DNA from: a virus
Direction: 5' to 3' (one strand)
IMG/VR virus record: IMGVR_UViG_3300006750_000004
Span: 31,726-95,725 of that record
Length of the DNA: 64,000 nucleotides
In this document: positions 20,116 to 28,274 of the stretch, piece by piece
How the letters are laid out: the number at the start of each line of letters is the position of its first letter
How positions within the stretch are numbered: the first letter of the stretch is position 1
The notes under the pieces: generated by a model
Databases searched by the model: none
What the model saw: the letters and a program-made list of their open reading frames with translations, nothing else
Told to the model about the DNA's origin: nothing
Position numbers and translations under genes: made by a program

Positions 20116-20904
20116 ATGGGCTTTTTCAGAATGCCGGATATTTTCTATACCAAACCGGCACCGCCAACTCTCTTCAAGGAACGCTACGGCAAGAAGCCGA
20201 TGCAGACCATCAACGTCCGAATCCCGGACGGCGACGGCCCCTTCCCCACGATCTTTCTTATCCACGGAGGCCAATGGAAGAAAGCCTACACTCACAAGCA
20301 GATGGAATACCTGGCCGAAGAACTAAAAGCCCAAGGAATCACTACCTGCAACCTCGAATTCAAAAGACTCGGACACATTGACGGCGGATATCCAGGCACC
20401 TTCCGCGACCTCCTAGATGGCATAGCATACTGCCTCCAACACGCCAACGAATGGAAGCTAGACACTAATAAGCTCTCAATTCTTGGTCACTCATCAGGAG
20501 CCCACCTAGCATTCTGCCTATGCGGAGCTAAAGACTTCGACGGGCATGCCCTCAGCCCCGACAGTGCCTTAGGCTTCACCCCTTACTCTGCGATCGGCAT
20601 CGCTGGTGTCTACGATCTGCGAAACGCCAGAGAGGGCTTACAGACCCCGATCAACGATTTCTTCGGCGATCACCCCAAGCTCTCACCAATTGAAATGCTG
20701 CCGACCGGAATCCGGCAACGGCTCATTGTCGGCGACCAAGATAAGCTGACCGAGCAAGCCCTCAGCTACGTCGAAGCAGCCCAAGAAGCTGGAGAAGACA
20801 TCACCTTCACTCTGGTCAAAGGTTGCTCACATTTTCGGGTCATTGATCCAACATTCGAAGGATGGGCGACCATCCTAAACGCCATCACCGAAATAACCAA
20901 GTGA
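20116..20904 (+). CDS. alpha/beta hydrolase (esterase/lipase)
   Basis: IHGGQW oxyanion motif, GHSSG nucleophile elbow, GDQD, SHF. Confidence 0.88.
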   Translation: MGFFRMPDIFYTKPAPPTLFKERYGKKPMQTINVRIPDGDGPFPTIFLIHGGQWKKAYTHKQMEYLAEELKAQGITTCNLEFKRLGHIDGGYPGTFRDLLDGIAYCLQHANEWKLDTNKLSILGHSSGAHLAFCLCGAKDFDGHALSPDSALGFTPYSAIGIAGVYDLRNAREGLQTPINDFFGDHPKLSPIEMLPTGIRQRLIVGDQDKLTEQALSYVEAAQEAGEDITFTLVKGCSHFRVIDPTFEGWATILNAITEITK

Positions 20905-21249
20905 GAACTTACATCTACGAAATAGCCGGAATCCACGCTGTCGTCGTCGCACCCAACTCGGTGGCAGCGTGGAAGAAGGTCCGTACCAAATACCAAGCAT
21001 CGCCGAGATTGTTATGGAGCACCGACTTACCCACCGACGAGGCGGAGGTAATCTGCCAGATTACTACGACGCCACATGGCACTATATCGTGCGAGAGTGG
21101 AAGCATGATGGCCCCAACGAGTACCTCGCAATAGCCACAGATGGCTGCACCGACAACATTAACACAGCATACCAGATCTGTAACAGTTCCAATAGGCCAA
21201 GGCACATTTTTGACACCCGGCAAGACAAAATCATCTACAGGAGCTACTG

Positions 21250-21465
21250 ATGAAAACTTCTGACGACGAACTGGCTGTCCGTAAAGTGAGTGAAGAGTTG
21301 CTCGACGCAGCCGTCCTCACTGAGAGCGCACTAGTCCACTTCGAAGACATCATCGTATCAGAACCAAGCGACAGTTTCGCCGCCGCTGTGATCCTCGCCC
21401 TCAAATCCGCTCATAACGTAATGAGCAAAGCATCCGACGATCTGACGAAAGTAGTGGGAGAATGA
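21250..21465 (+). CDS. hypothetical protein
   Basis: 71-aa ORF with AGGAG RBS. Confidence 0.5.
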   Translation: MKTSDDELAVRKVSEELLDAAVLTESALVHFEDIIVSEPSDSFAAAVILALKSAHNVMSKASDDLTKVVGE

Positions 21466-21891
21466 TCAATATGCGATTTCCTGGAATCCCTGCCATTGTT
21501 GCCAGCTAATAACATTCCAATTATCGCCATAATTGATTAGCCAAGATACACCATATGTGTCAGTTACCCAAATCACAAATAGATCGTTAGTGAAATTTGG
21601 ATCGCGTCCTGGAGTTATAACACGTCCAACTGGGAGGGTGGCGAAGTAACTGGGTACGACTGGAACGTCCTGATCCAACTCACCAAATCGACGACCATCA
21701 GGAAGTCCTTCTAGGATCCCATGTTTGTCGACAATATTGATCACGCCATTATTCTCTATTGCTTTGATACCCTCTTGATGGAAATAAGCAGCTATTTGTT
21801 CGGCTTCTTGTCGATTAGAACCATCATCGAATTGGTCGTTGTCTTCGAGACCGTCGTAGTCGGATGATTCGGTGATATATTTAAGTTTCAT
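21466..21891 (-). CDS. GLED-tag family protein, 1 module, MKLKYITE leader
   Basis: MKLKYITE-SSDYDGLEDNDQF followed by unique cargo. Confidence 0.8.
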   Translation of the reverse strand: MKLKYITESSDYDGLEDNDQFDDGSNRQEAEQIAAYFHQEGIKAIENNGVINIVDKHGILEGLPDGRRFGELDQDVPVVPSYFATLPVGRVITPGRDPNFTNDLFVIWVTDTYGVSWLINYGDNWNVISWQQWQGFQEIAY

Positions 21892-22697
21892 TAGTACTCG
21901 GCTGCACTGAAGATGTCTAATATTGCTTGGATGTCTTCTTCTTTGAGTTCTGGGCCGTTCCAGTCGTACCCAGTTACTTCGTCACCCTGAATGGCCAGCC
22001 AGCCCACGTCAAGGCGGTCGTAGTAGAGAGTTAATCTACCTATGAATGGTTTGAAAGTTGGGTCAGGACTTCCTGCTTCTTGAGTAGCCAATAATTCAGC
22101 TTTTCTGGCTGGGTCTATATCCACGGGCTCGGGGTCTGCCGCATCACCGCCAGCTAGGGCATCGCCAGCTACGCGCGCGCGAATATTATCCACCATTGTG
22201 GTGCCGGGTTGTCCGGCTACTTGTATTTCAATAATCCAGGATCGTGATCCTTCTTCATTCTGGTCTTCTGGAACTGATGTTACATCTATTTGAACCCACC
22301 TGTCCATCATGTCGACAAGATGGAGACCCTCTTCACCGTGTGGGTCGTAGAATCTGTCGTTGTCTTCGAGACCGTCGTAGTCGGATGATTCGGTGAGCTT
22401 CGGACGCTTACGGAGATCCGAAGGGAACGCTGATTTTATACATTTTTTACATTGTCCAGATGACCCGAAACTCGGCAGTTCGCCACAAAATCCACAAAAC
22501 AGATAATCACATTCAGTACAAGAAGCAAGGGATCGTTCATAACCACTCACATCACAATAATCACAATTTTCCATTGTATCTTGATCATCGTCATCTGGTT
22601 CCTCGATGAATTCGTCGGCGTCTTCGAGGCCGTCATAATCAGATTCGTCCGGATCTTCCGAAATCATTCTGGCTATTTTTTTAGGGTCAATTTTCAT
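21891..22697 (-). CDS. GLED-tag family polyprotein, 2 modules (Zn-finger plus unknown), MKIDPKKIARMISE leader
   Basis: Start re-assigned to ATG 22697 by identity with the starts at 25356 and 25825; tags at 22608-22640 and 22350-22382. Confidence 0.8.
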   Translation of the reverse strand: MKIDPKKIARMISEDPDESDYDGLEDADEFIEEPDDDDQDTMENCDYCDVSGYERSLASCTECDYLFCGFCGELPSFGSSGQCKKCIKSAFPSDLRKRPKLTESSDYDGLEDNDRFYDPHGEEGLHLVDMMDRWVQIDVTSVPEDQNEEGSRSWIIEIQVAGQPGTTMVDNIRARVAGDALAGGDAADPEPVDIDPARKAELLATQEAGSPDPTFKPFIGRLTLYYDRLDVGWLAIQGDEVTGYDWNGPELKEEDIQAILDIFSAAEY

Positions 22698-22734
22698 ATC
22701 CGTCTCGTCAGTAAGCTTCAATGTTCTTGGCGTA

Positions 22735-24228
22735 CTATCGCCCGTCATCTCGTCGTCGCCAATCGAGTCGCTCTGCCTCCTCACAATTCGGACATCGCTC
22801 GCAGAAGGGACCGTGGATACAAGAACAAGAGAGAGGTAAGGCCGTAGTGCACCATTGACAATTCCAAAAATCACTTTGTTCTTGTTTTTCTACACATACA
22901 TCGCACCACATTGTGTTGCAGGAGGCGCAATAAACACCGTGATTAATTATTGCAAGGGGGGAATCCCCCGTAGATTCATCTTCTACTGGTGTGCCACACG
23001 TCGTGCATGGTGCACTATACCCTTCCGCATCGCTAAACTCATCGGCATCTTCAAGCCCCGCATATTCGCCAGACTCTCTAATATTGCTCTCGCGGGCGAA
23101 GTCTTCATCAGCTATGCAGTCTTGGCAGATATCAAGCGGGGATATTCCCCGCCATCCTGCATGTGAAGTACAATCGTCACACATTGATTGATTGCATTTG
23201 TAGCAATGTGTGACACGATCCCCTTCTTGCCAGGCAGTTCCACACCAACAAAAAGAATTATCTTGAAATTCATCGGCATCTTCAAGCCCGGCATATTCAT
23301 TGGCATCTTCATTCACATTTTCAGGTCCAAGAGAACCATGTCCTTGGCAGTAGTCAGTCCGCTCCCCACAATCCGGACACGTCTCGCAGTATTCCGCATC
23401 GGGATCGCAAAATTCGTCGGCGTCCTCGAGTCCCTCGTATGATTCGTTTACGTTGCGTTTATTGGCGGAAGAGATCCATTGTTGACGATTTGAGCGTCTA
23501 AAGAATCCTAATGGCCCTTCCCGTCCGTTGAATTCTTCCACATCCTGGTCGTTGGCGACCAGAAGTGCGCCGAGGTTCTGAATGAATTCTTCACTGTCCA
23601 AGTACTCTTTACATGATCGACAATATTGATCGTCCTGCTCTAGATCGTTAGTTCCACACACGCCGCAAACATTTGGTTCGCCGAATTCGTCGGCGTCCTC
23701 GAGTCCGGCATAGTCGGATTCGGTAATATGCTTGAGTTTCATTGGAGACCGACGCGCCTCGGACAACTCGCCGTCGTTCCAGAGATCCATATCTGGCGGC
23801 ACAGTTTCCTTATAGTGAGCGAAAGCAATATCTTGGATGGCATCTCTTAGGATAGAGGGCTTTGATCCCAATTGGGGATTTTGGTTTTGGAACCATTGTT
23901 CATATTTGGGGTATTCGGCGAGAATAGCGTCTTTAATGCTATCTAGTTCTGAACACCAGCGACATTTGTCAAGGTCGTAGTCATTTCCGACAGCCCAAAT
24001 TGGTGGGCCTGTACGAACTGGCTTTTCGAATGCTTCCGATCTGACGAAGATTATTACACTGTCAATATCCCTACTTTCTTGTTCGTACATGGTGTGAGCA
24101 GTGAAGAGATATGGTCCTACTTTCACTGGGCCATAATTATCTTGTTGCCATTCAGCTACGTCGTCAGTGAATTCGTCGGCGTCTTCGAGGCCGTCGTAGT
24201 CGGATTCGGTGATGTGGCGAAGTTTCAT
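22735..24228 (-). CDS. GLED-tag family polyprotein, 5 modules (4 Cys-rich), MKLRHITE leader
   Basis: Tags at 24169-24201, 23683-23715, 23410-23442, 23266-23298 and 23035-23067; an internal second leader MKLKHITE starts at 23742. Confidence 0.85.
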   Translation of the reverse strand: MKLRHITESDYDGLEDADEFTDDVAEWQQDNYGPVKVGPYLFTAHTMYEQESRDIDSVIIFVRSEAFEKPVRTGPPIWAVGNDYDLDKCRWCSELDSIKDAILAEYPKYEQWFQNQNPQLGSKPSILRDAIQDIAFAHYKETVPPDMDLWNDGELSEARRSPMKLKHITESDYAGLEDADEFGEPNVCGVCGTNDLEQDDQYCRSCKEYLDSEEFIQNLGALLVANDQDVEEFNGREGPLGFFRRSNRQQWISSANKRNVNESYEGLEDADEFCDPDAEYCETCPDCGERTDYCQGHGSLGPENVNEDANEYAGLEDADEFQDNSFCWCGTAWQEGDRVTHCYKCNQSMCDDCTSHAGWRGISPLDICQDCIADEDFARESNIRESGEYAGLEDADEFSDAEGYSAPCTTCGTPVEDESTGDSPLAIINHGVYCASCNTMWCDVCVEKQEQSDFWNCQWCTTALPLSCSCIHGPFCERCPNCEEAERLDWRRRDDGR

Positions 24229-24577
24229 TGATGCTCCAGAATTTCATTGTATCTTCGCCCAGATGGTGCCGGTATTTAACGAGTGACGGTAGCCCAACTG
24301 CCGTCGACATAGTGGTGACGTTTACCACGAATGATTTCTGCTAATCTTGATCGGTTGGAGCATCGGTTCTTATGGTGTTCTTGTGGCTTCCTTCGGGGAG
24401 TCCGGGTCTCGACAAAGTCGGGTCACCTGCTTCCAACCACCTTACAGGACGTAAGGCTTAAAAGAAACACTGGGCCTATCTGATAATGATTATCGGCTGC
24501 CCGAGATTAAGATGACCGCAGGCTTGGTGAGAACATTGTTGGGGTTACCCAGTGTACCAGCAGACAGATTTGAGCGT

Positions 24578-24784
24578 CTAAAGAATCCTAATGGCCCTTG
24601 TGCAATTATTCAAGATAGTCCGAAGCTCAAGCGTAAAGTCTGTAAGCATTGGCAGTTGTAATATTTCATCAAGTAACTCGACGTCCTTGAGAATGCCGAA
24701 CCTGATAGAGCATTCGGACTCCCTGGCGGGAGTTGATGACGGCAAGGATATGGACCAGGGGTCGACCAGCACAATTCTCCCCAA
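24578..24784 (-). CDS. hypothetical protein or gene remnant
   Basis: 68-aa ORF whose 3' end lies in a 33-nt repeat also present at 23487-23519. Confidence 0.3.
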   Translation of the reverse strand: MGRIVLVDPWSISLPSSTPARESECSIRFGILKDVELLDEILQLPMLTDFTLELRTILNNCTRAIRIL

Positions 24785-24919
24785 ATCGATTTTAGTGTTG
24801 GAGCTTTCCTGAAATCTGAGAGCGGCAAGTCCGCTAACCCGCTTAATTTGTCAGAGACTAAATGAAAGTTTTTGGCGGTTAGGACGGGGGGAAACGATGT
24901 CTATCTATAATACTTTCAA

Positions 24920-25066
24920 ATGACTAAAATCCAGAAATTGGAAGCCCCTGACTTTCTAATAGCTCTAAAGCTCACACTATTAATATCAGACCACGCTGGG
25001 GCAATCGCTGACACGTTGTTTTTATTGGACAAAGCTGGGCAATGTGCAGTCTATCGAAGGGACTAG
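24920..25066 (+). CDS. possible small leaderless protein (48 aa)
   Basis: MTKIQKLEAPDFLIALKLTLLISDHAGAIADTLFLLDKAGQCAVYRRD, with TATAAT at 24906-24911. Confidence 0.25.
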   Translation: MTKIQKLEAPDFLIALKLTLLISDHAGAIADTLFLLDKAGQCAVYRRD

Positions 25067-25356
25067 CCATTATGATTCTGCTCGATCCTCGCCAAATCAT
25101 CCTTGAAGTACTGCTGGCAGGAATGGCAGACAATCAGTTGGCCAGATGGATCTTTTAGATTGAAATTGCTGATACAATCGCTGCAGAAGTATGCATTTCG
25201 GCATCCATCACAACGGAACAACATATGTATTCCGAGTCCGCATGCGTCACATGTTTCCTTATCAACGAACTTGTCATCGTCTTCGAGGCCGTCATAATCA
25301 GATTCGTCCGGATCTTCCGAAATCATTCTGGCTATTTTTTTAGGGTCAATTTTCAT
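25063..25356 (-). CDS. GLED-tag family protein, 1 Zn-finger module, MKIDPKK leader
   Basis: MKIDPKKIARMISEDPDESDYDGLEDDDKF followed by CDAC..CDGC..CSDC..CHSC. Confidence 0.8.
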   Translation of the reverse strand: MKIDPKKIARMISEDPDESDYDGLEDDDKFVDKETCDACGLGIHMLFRCDGCRNAYFCSDCISNFNLKDPSGQLIVCHSCQQYFKDDLARIEQNHNG

Positions 25357-25825
25357 GAATTATACGCCTATTTATCGGAGGTTCGCCGGGGAGCCAACCA
25401 TGATCGTCGGCATACCAAGCACGACCACCTGCCCCGTTTTTGGTCACAATGGCCCATTCATTTTCATTATCGATTTCTATTTCATAAGTATTATCGATCC
25501 CCCAATGTTCGTTTTTAGGATTATCTATTGTTGTTATATAACTATCTGGTTCTGACACCTCGTCTTCGTCATCTCCAGAAGGGAAATCAGCATCTATATA
25601 TAATACTCCAAGCTTACCATGGCCCGCTGATACATATCCAGCTTCAACATTATAATGATTGAGAAAGTCTGCAAAGTTACCATTTTCATCCCCAAACTCA
25701 TCGGCATCTTCAAGCCCCGCATATTCGTCATCTTGTTTGTTAGATATGTATTCATCGGAGCGATCACTAGGAATATTCGGATCTTCCGAAATCATTCTGG
25801 CTATTTTTTTAGGGTCAATTTTCAT
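25346..25825 (-). CDS. GLED-tag family protein, 1 acidic module, MKIDPKK leader
   Basis: MKIDPKKIARMISEDP...EYAGLEDADEF. Confidence 0.8.
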   Translation of the reverse strand: MKIDPKKIARMISEDPNIPSDRSDEYISNKQDDEYAGLEDADEFGDENGNFADFLNHYNVEAGYVSAGHGKLGVLYIDADFPSGDDEDEVSEPDSYITTIDNPKNEHWGIDNTYEIEIDNENEWAIVTKNGAGGRAWYADDHGWLPGEPPINRRIIHEN

Positions 25826-25914
25826 TTGCAAGCCTTATAATATAGAACTTTTTGATCACCAAGGGCCTGCTTCTCTAGACCATCTTTCCCAGGTACCCTC
25901 TTCTATTTCGTATT

Positions 25915-26418
25915 TCACACACGGTTTGTGCTGGCGGCAAGTTGTGCTGCGACGATTCGTGCTGCAATAATATTGGCAGCTACTGTGGGTTTGGTTCTGA
26001 GTGATGCTTGTGCTTGGGAGGTGAAATTAGCGACTATATTATCACCAATTTGTTGGAATTTATCGATTCCGGCTAGTCCATTATCAGCTCCGGCTGGAGA
26101 GCCATCCCGAAGTCGATTCCCGCCGATTCCATATGCTTGGCATGATTTAGCTAATTCATGTTCGATTAATTTTTCTAGTTTGATTGTCATTTCTTCTGGT
26201 GATTTGTTGATTATCCATTCGCGTAGTGGTCGGTCTTCGATACAATCGGTGCATACTTCTTCTGGTTCATGTTGCCGATGGGAGTATCGCCATCGTATTA
26301 TATCTGCTGCATTAGATCCTATTCCGCAATCGACACATCCATCCGAGAATTGGTCATCGTCCTCGAGACCATAGTAGTCGGATTCTTGGTCGTTTTCGAT
26401 TATGTGTCGTAGTTTCAT
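25915..26418 (-). CDS. GLED-tag family protein, Zn-ribbon module, MKLRHIIE leader
   Basis: MKLRHIIE-NDQESDYYGLEDDDQF followed by CVDC...CTDC. Confidence 0.8.
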   Translation of the reverse strand: MKLRHIIENDQESDYYGLEDDDQFSDGCVDCGIGSNAADIIRWRYSHRQHEPEEVCTDCIEDRPLREWIINKSPEEMTIKLEKLIEHELAKSCQAYGIGGNRLRDGSPAGADNGLAGIDKFQQIGDNIVANFTSQAQASLRTKPTVAANIIAARIVAAQLAASTNRV

Positions 26419-26458
26419 ATTCTAATTTTGGCGGGATGTAGATAAAAGATATGATGAA

Positions 26459-26502
26459 ATTTTGTGTGAGAAATGAGTATATTTTGTGTGAGAAATGAGT
26501 AT
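26459..26502 (+). repeat. 22-nt perfect tandem repeat spanning a start codon
   Basis: ATTTTGTGTGAGAAATGAGTAT x2. Confidence 0.85.
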
Positions 26503-28246
26503 GGCAGATAGTTGTGAAACCAAACCATTCCTGCCACGAAAGGGATCTGAAGGGGATGAGGTTTGTGACAAGTACGGGAATCGTTGGAAGTATGATCTAG
26601 AGAGTAATGGTTGGATTTCTTCTGGCACGATTACTGATACTCCATTAGTCACAGAGAAGATAGATGGATTGATTACATCTGATGCTTTTTCCAATCTTCG
26701 GAAATTGCAGACGTACGTTGATCTGGATCCGGACCTCAACACCTTTAAGATGCTCCCTGGTAGGGATGCATATTGGTACTATTTCCGATCCAGCGATAAG
26801 CTCTTCCGGTTTAGGCAGGAAGGAGAAGATTGCCTCCGTGTCGAGGTGGATAAGGGGCGGTTTTTTCAAATTTTGATGAAGGAGGTGTGCCCCGGTACTA
26901 AGGGGCCAAAGGGAGAGAAGGGCGATAAAGGATTGCCGGGTAATGTTGGGACGGCGGAGGTTTGCTTTACTCCGTCAGCGATTAATGGCGATCAGATGGA
27001 TTTCGCCATTTTTACCCCGACTCCGTTGGTTGAGAATGGTCCGATATCCCTGCCCGGTGGTGTTGTGCCTAATGTCTCTGTTCGGTTGTTTGAAGCAACT
27101 ATCCCGATTGGTGCGACAGCTACGCAACAAGACCAGATGCAAGATCTGGCTATCTTCTTCAACAATCATGATCCACGAGACGAGATACTTCCCAAATTCC
27201 AGGCTACTAGGGATTTGTTGCGGAAACGCAGTATGGGAATTATTGCTCAGGATAGTTTGTGCCAGATTCCTTTGAGTCAGGTTGCTGTTTTACCGTCTGG
27301 CACTACGTTAGCTGCTGCACCAAGTGTTACGGTTGAGGTGAATCCGGCAAATCCGTCTCAAGTCACTATTAGTGGTACTATTCCGGTTGATAATGTCCGT
27401 ACTGCTAATTCGATTCAGTTTGATCCAGAAACGAATATTGCATGCGGTTCTATTATTTTGGAGCCAGGTAATCAATGGTCTGACTTGGAAGCTGATGATT
27501 GGTGTATCAAGTCTCGTCAGAAAGGGCCGAATGGTCTGAAGGGGGATGCTGGAGAGTGTCGTATCAAGATCGTTGAGTGTTTGATCGATGATACGAATAT
27601 TCGTGCTACGTGTCCTATTGTTAATGCGAGACTCGATTGTGATCGTGAGATAATTTATACCTTATGTTCTGATTTATTGACAGAAATCTGTGTCGATAAA
27701 GTTAGTTTGCTCCCTGAGTCGACGACACTGGCGAATACCAATGCTTTTAAGAGTGTTTTTGCTGCGGCAGAGATGACTCTTGAGGAATGTAAGAGAATCA
27801 ACCGCTACAAAGTGGGATTAGAGGCGGATGAGCTGCCTGAACTTGATTTGTTGCATTGGGACCCACAACCAGGTTGTTCTACAAGGAGGCATTATGACAG
27901 ACACAAGTTTAATTGGATTCCGGACACTGACCTTCCAGCATGTGATTCAACCGCTGCTTGGTTTGGGCCTGATACGGTTCGATCTGGGAAGTATCCGCAT
28001 GAGATTGTCATACCTCCAGAACCGCCAGTTGACGAGTGTTGTCAGGATGAATTCTTCTATTGTCCCAATGTTCAGGAAGCACCATGCACTGATGACCCGC
28101 CATCACCGCCATCACCGCCATCGCCACCGTCATCGCCGTTAGCGGCAGCAGCGGGTCGTGCGGAGGTAGGCGATATACCGCTTGGTGGGAGACCCTCTTC
28201 TCCTCAACTTCAAATGGGTACGCGTAAGTGGCAGGTAAGGACTTAG
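26495..28246 (+). CDS. Cys-rich protein with short collagen-like (Gly-X-Y) repeats and a Pro/Ser tail; probable virion fibre/structural protein
   Basis: GTKGPKGEKGDKGLPGNVG, KGPNGLKGDAGE and PPSPPSPPSPPSSP. Confidence 0.6.
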   Translation: MSMADSCETKPFLPRKGSEGDEVCDKYGNRWKYDLESNGWISSGTITDTPLVTEKIDGLITSDAFSNLRKLQTYVDLDPDLNTFKMLPGRDAYWYYFRSSDKLFRFRQEGEDCLRVEVDKGRFFQILMKEVCPGTKGPKGEKGDKGLPGNVGTAEVCFTPSAINGDQMDFAIFTPTPLVENGPISLPGGVVPNVSVRLFEATIPIGATATQQDQMQDLAIFFNNHDPRDEILPKFQATRDLLRKRSMGIIAQDSLCQIPLSQVAVLPSGTTLAAAPSVTVEVNPANPSQVTISGTIPVDNVRTANSIQFDPETNIACGSIILEPGNQWSDLEADDWCIKSRQKGPNGLKGDAGECRIKIVECLIDDTNIRATCPIVNARLDCDREIIYTLCSDLLTEICVDKVSLLPESTTLANTNAFKSVFAAAEMTLEECKRINRYKVGLEADELPELDLLHWDPQPGCSTRRHYDRHKFNWIPDTDLPACDSTAAWFGPDTVRSGKYPHEIVIPPEPPVDECCQDEFFYCPNVQEAPCTDDPPSPPSPPSPPSSPLAAAAGRAEVGDIPLGGRPSSPQLQMGTRKWQVRT

Positions 28247-28274
28247 CGTACGTAGTTGGAAACATGAGGATTCA

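Larger units (their letters stand above)
21829..26379 (-). repeat. Dispersed 33-nt coding repeat ([DES]YxGLEDxDxF), 11 copies in this cluster
   Basis: Copies start at 21829, 22350, 22608, 23035, 23266, 23410, 23683, 24169, 25267, 25694 and 26347; they differ largely at synonymous positions. Confidence 0.9.

Noticed and set aside
20862-21250. Two overlapping plus-strand ORFs after the hydrolase
   Set aside because: I cannot tell from the sequence alone which frame is real, so neither is called.
22698-22874. Longer start for the 21891-22874 ORF
   Set aside because: It overlaps the neighbouring gene, and the ATG at 22697 matches the paralogous MKIDPKK starts.
24260-24560. tmRNA, RNase P or SRP RNA
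   Set aside because: Only fragmentary resemblance: no T-loop/acceptor end, no GAGGAAAGUCC and no complete SRP helix 8. No tRNAs were recognised anywhere in the window.
21829-26379. 33-nt GLED repeats as a CRISPR array
   Set aside because: Spacing is irregular (about 110 to over 1000 nt), the copies are in-frame coding with synonymous variation, and no cas genes are seen.
21466-26418. Diversity-generating retroelement or integron as the source of the variable modules
   Set aside because: There is no reverse transcriptase or integrase in the window, no adenine-specific TR/VR pair and no attC-like palindromes.
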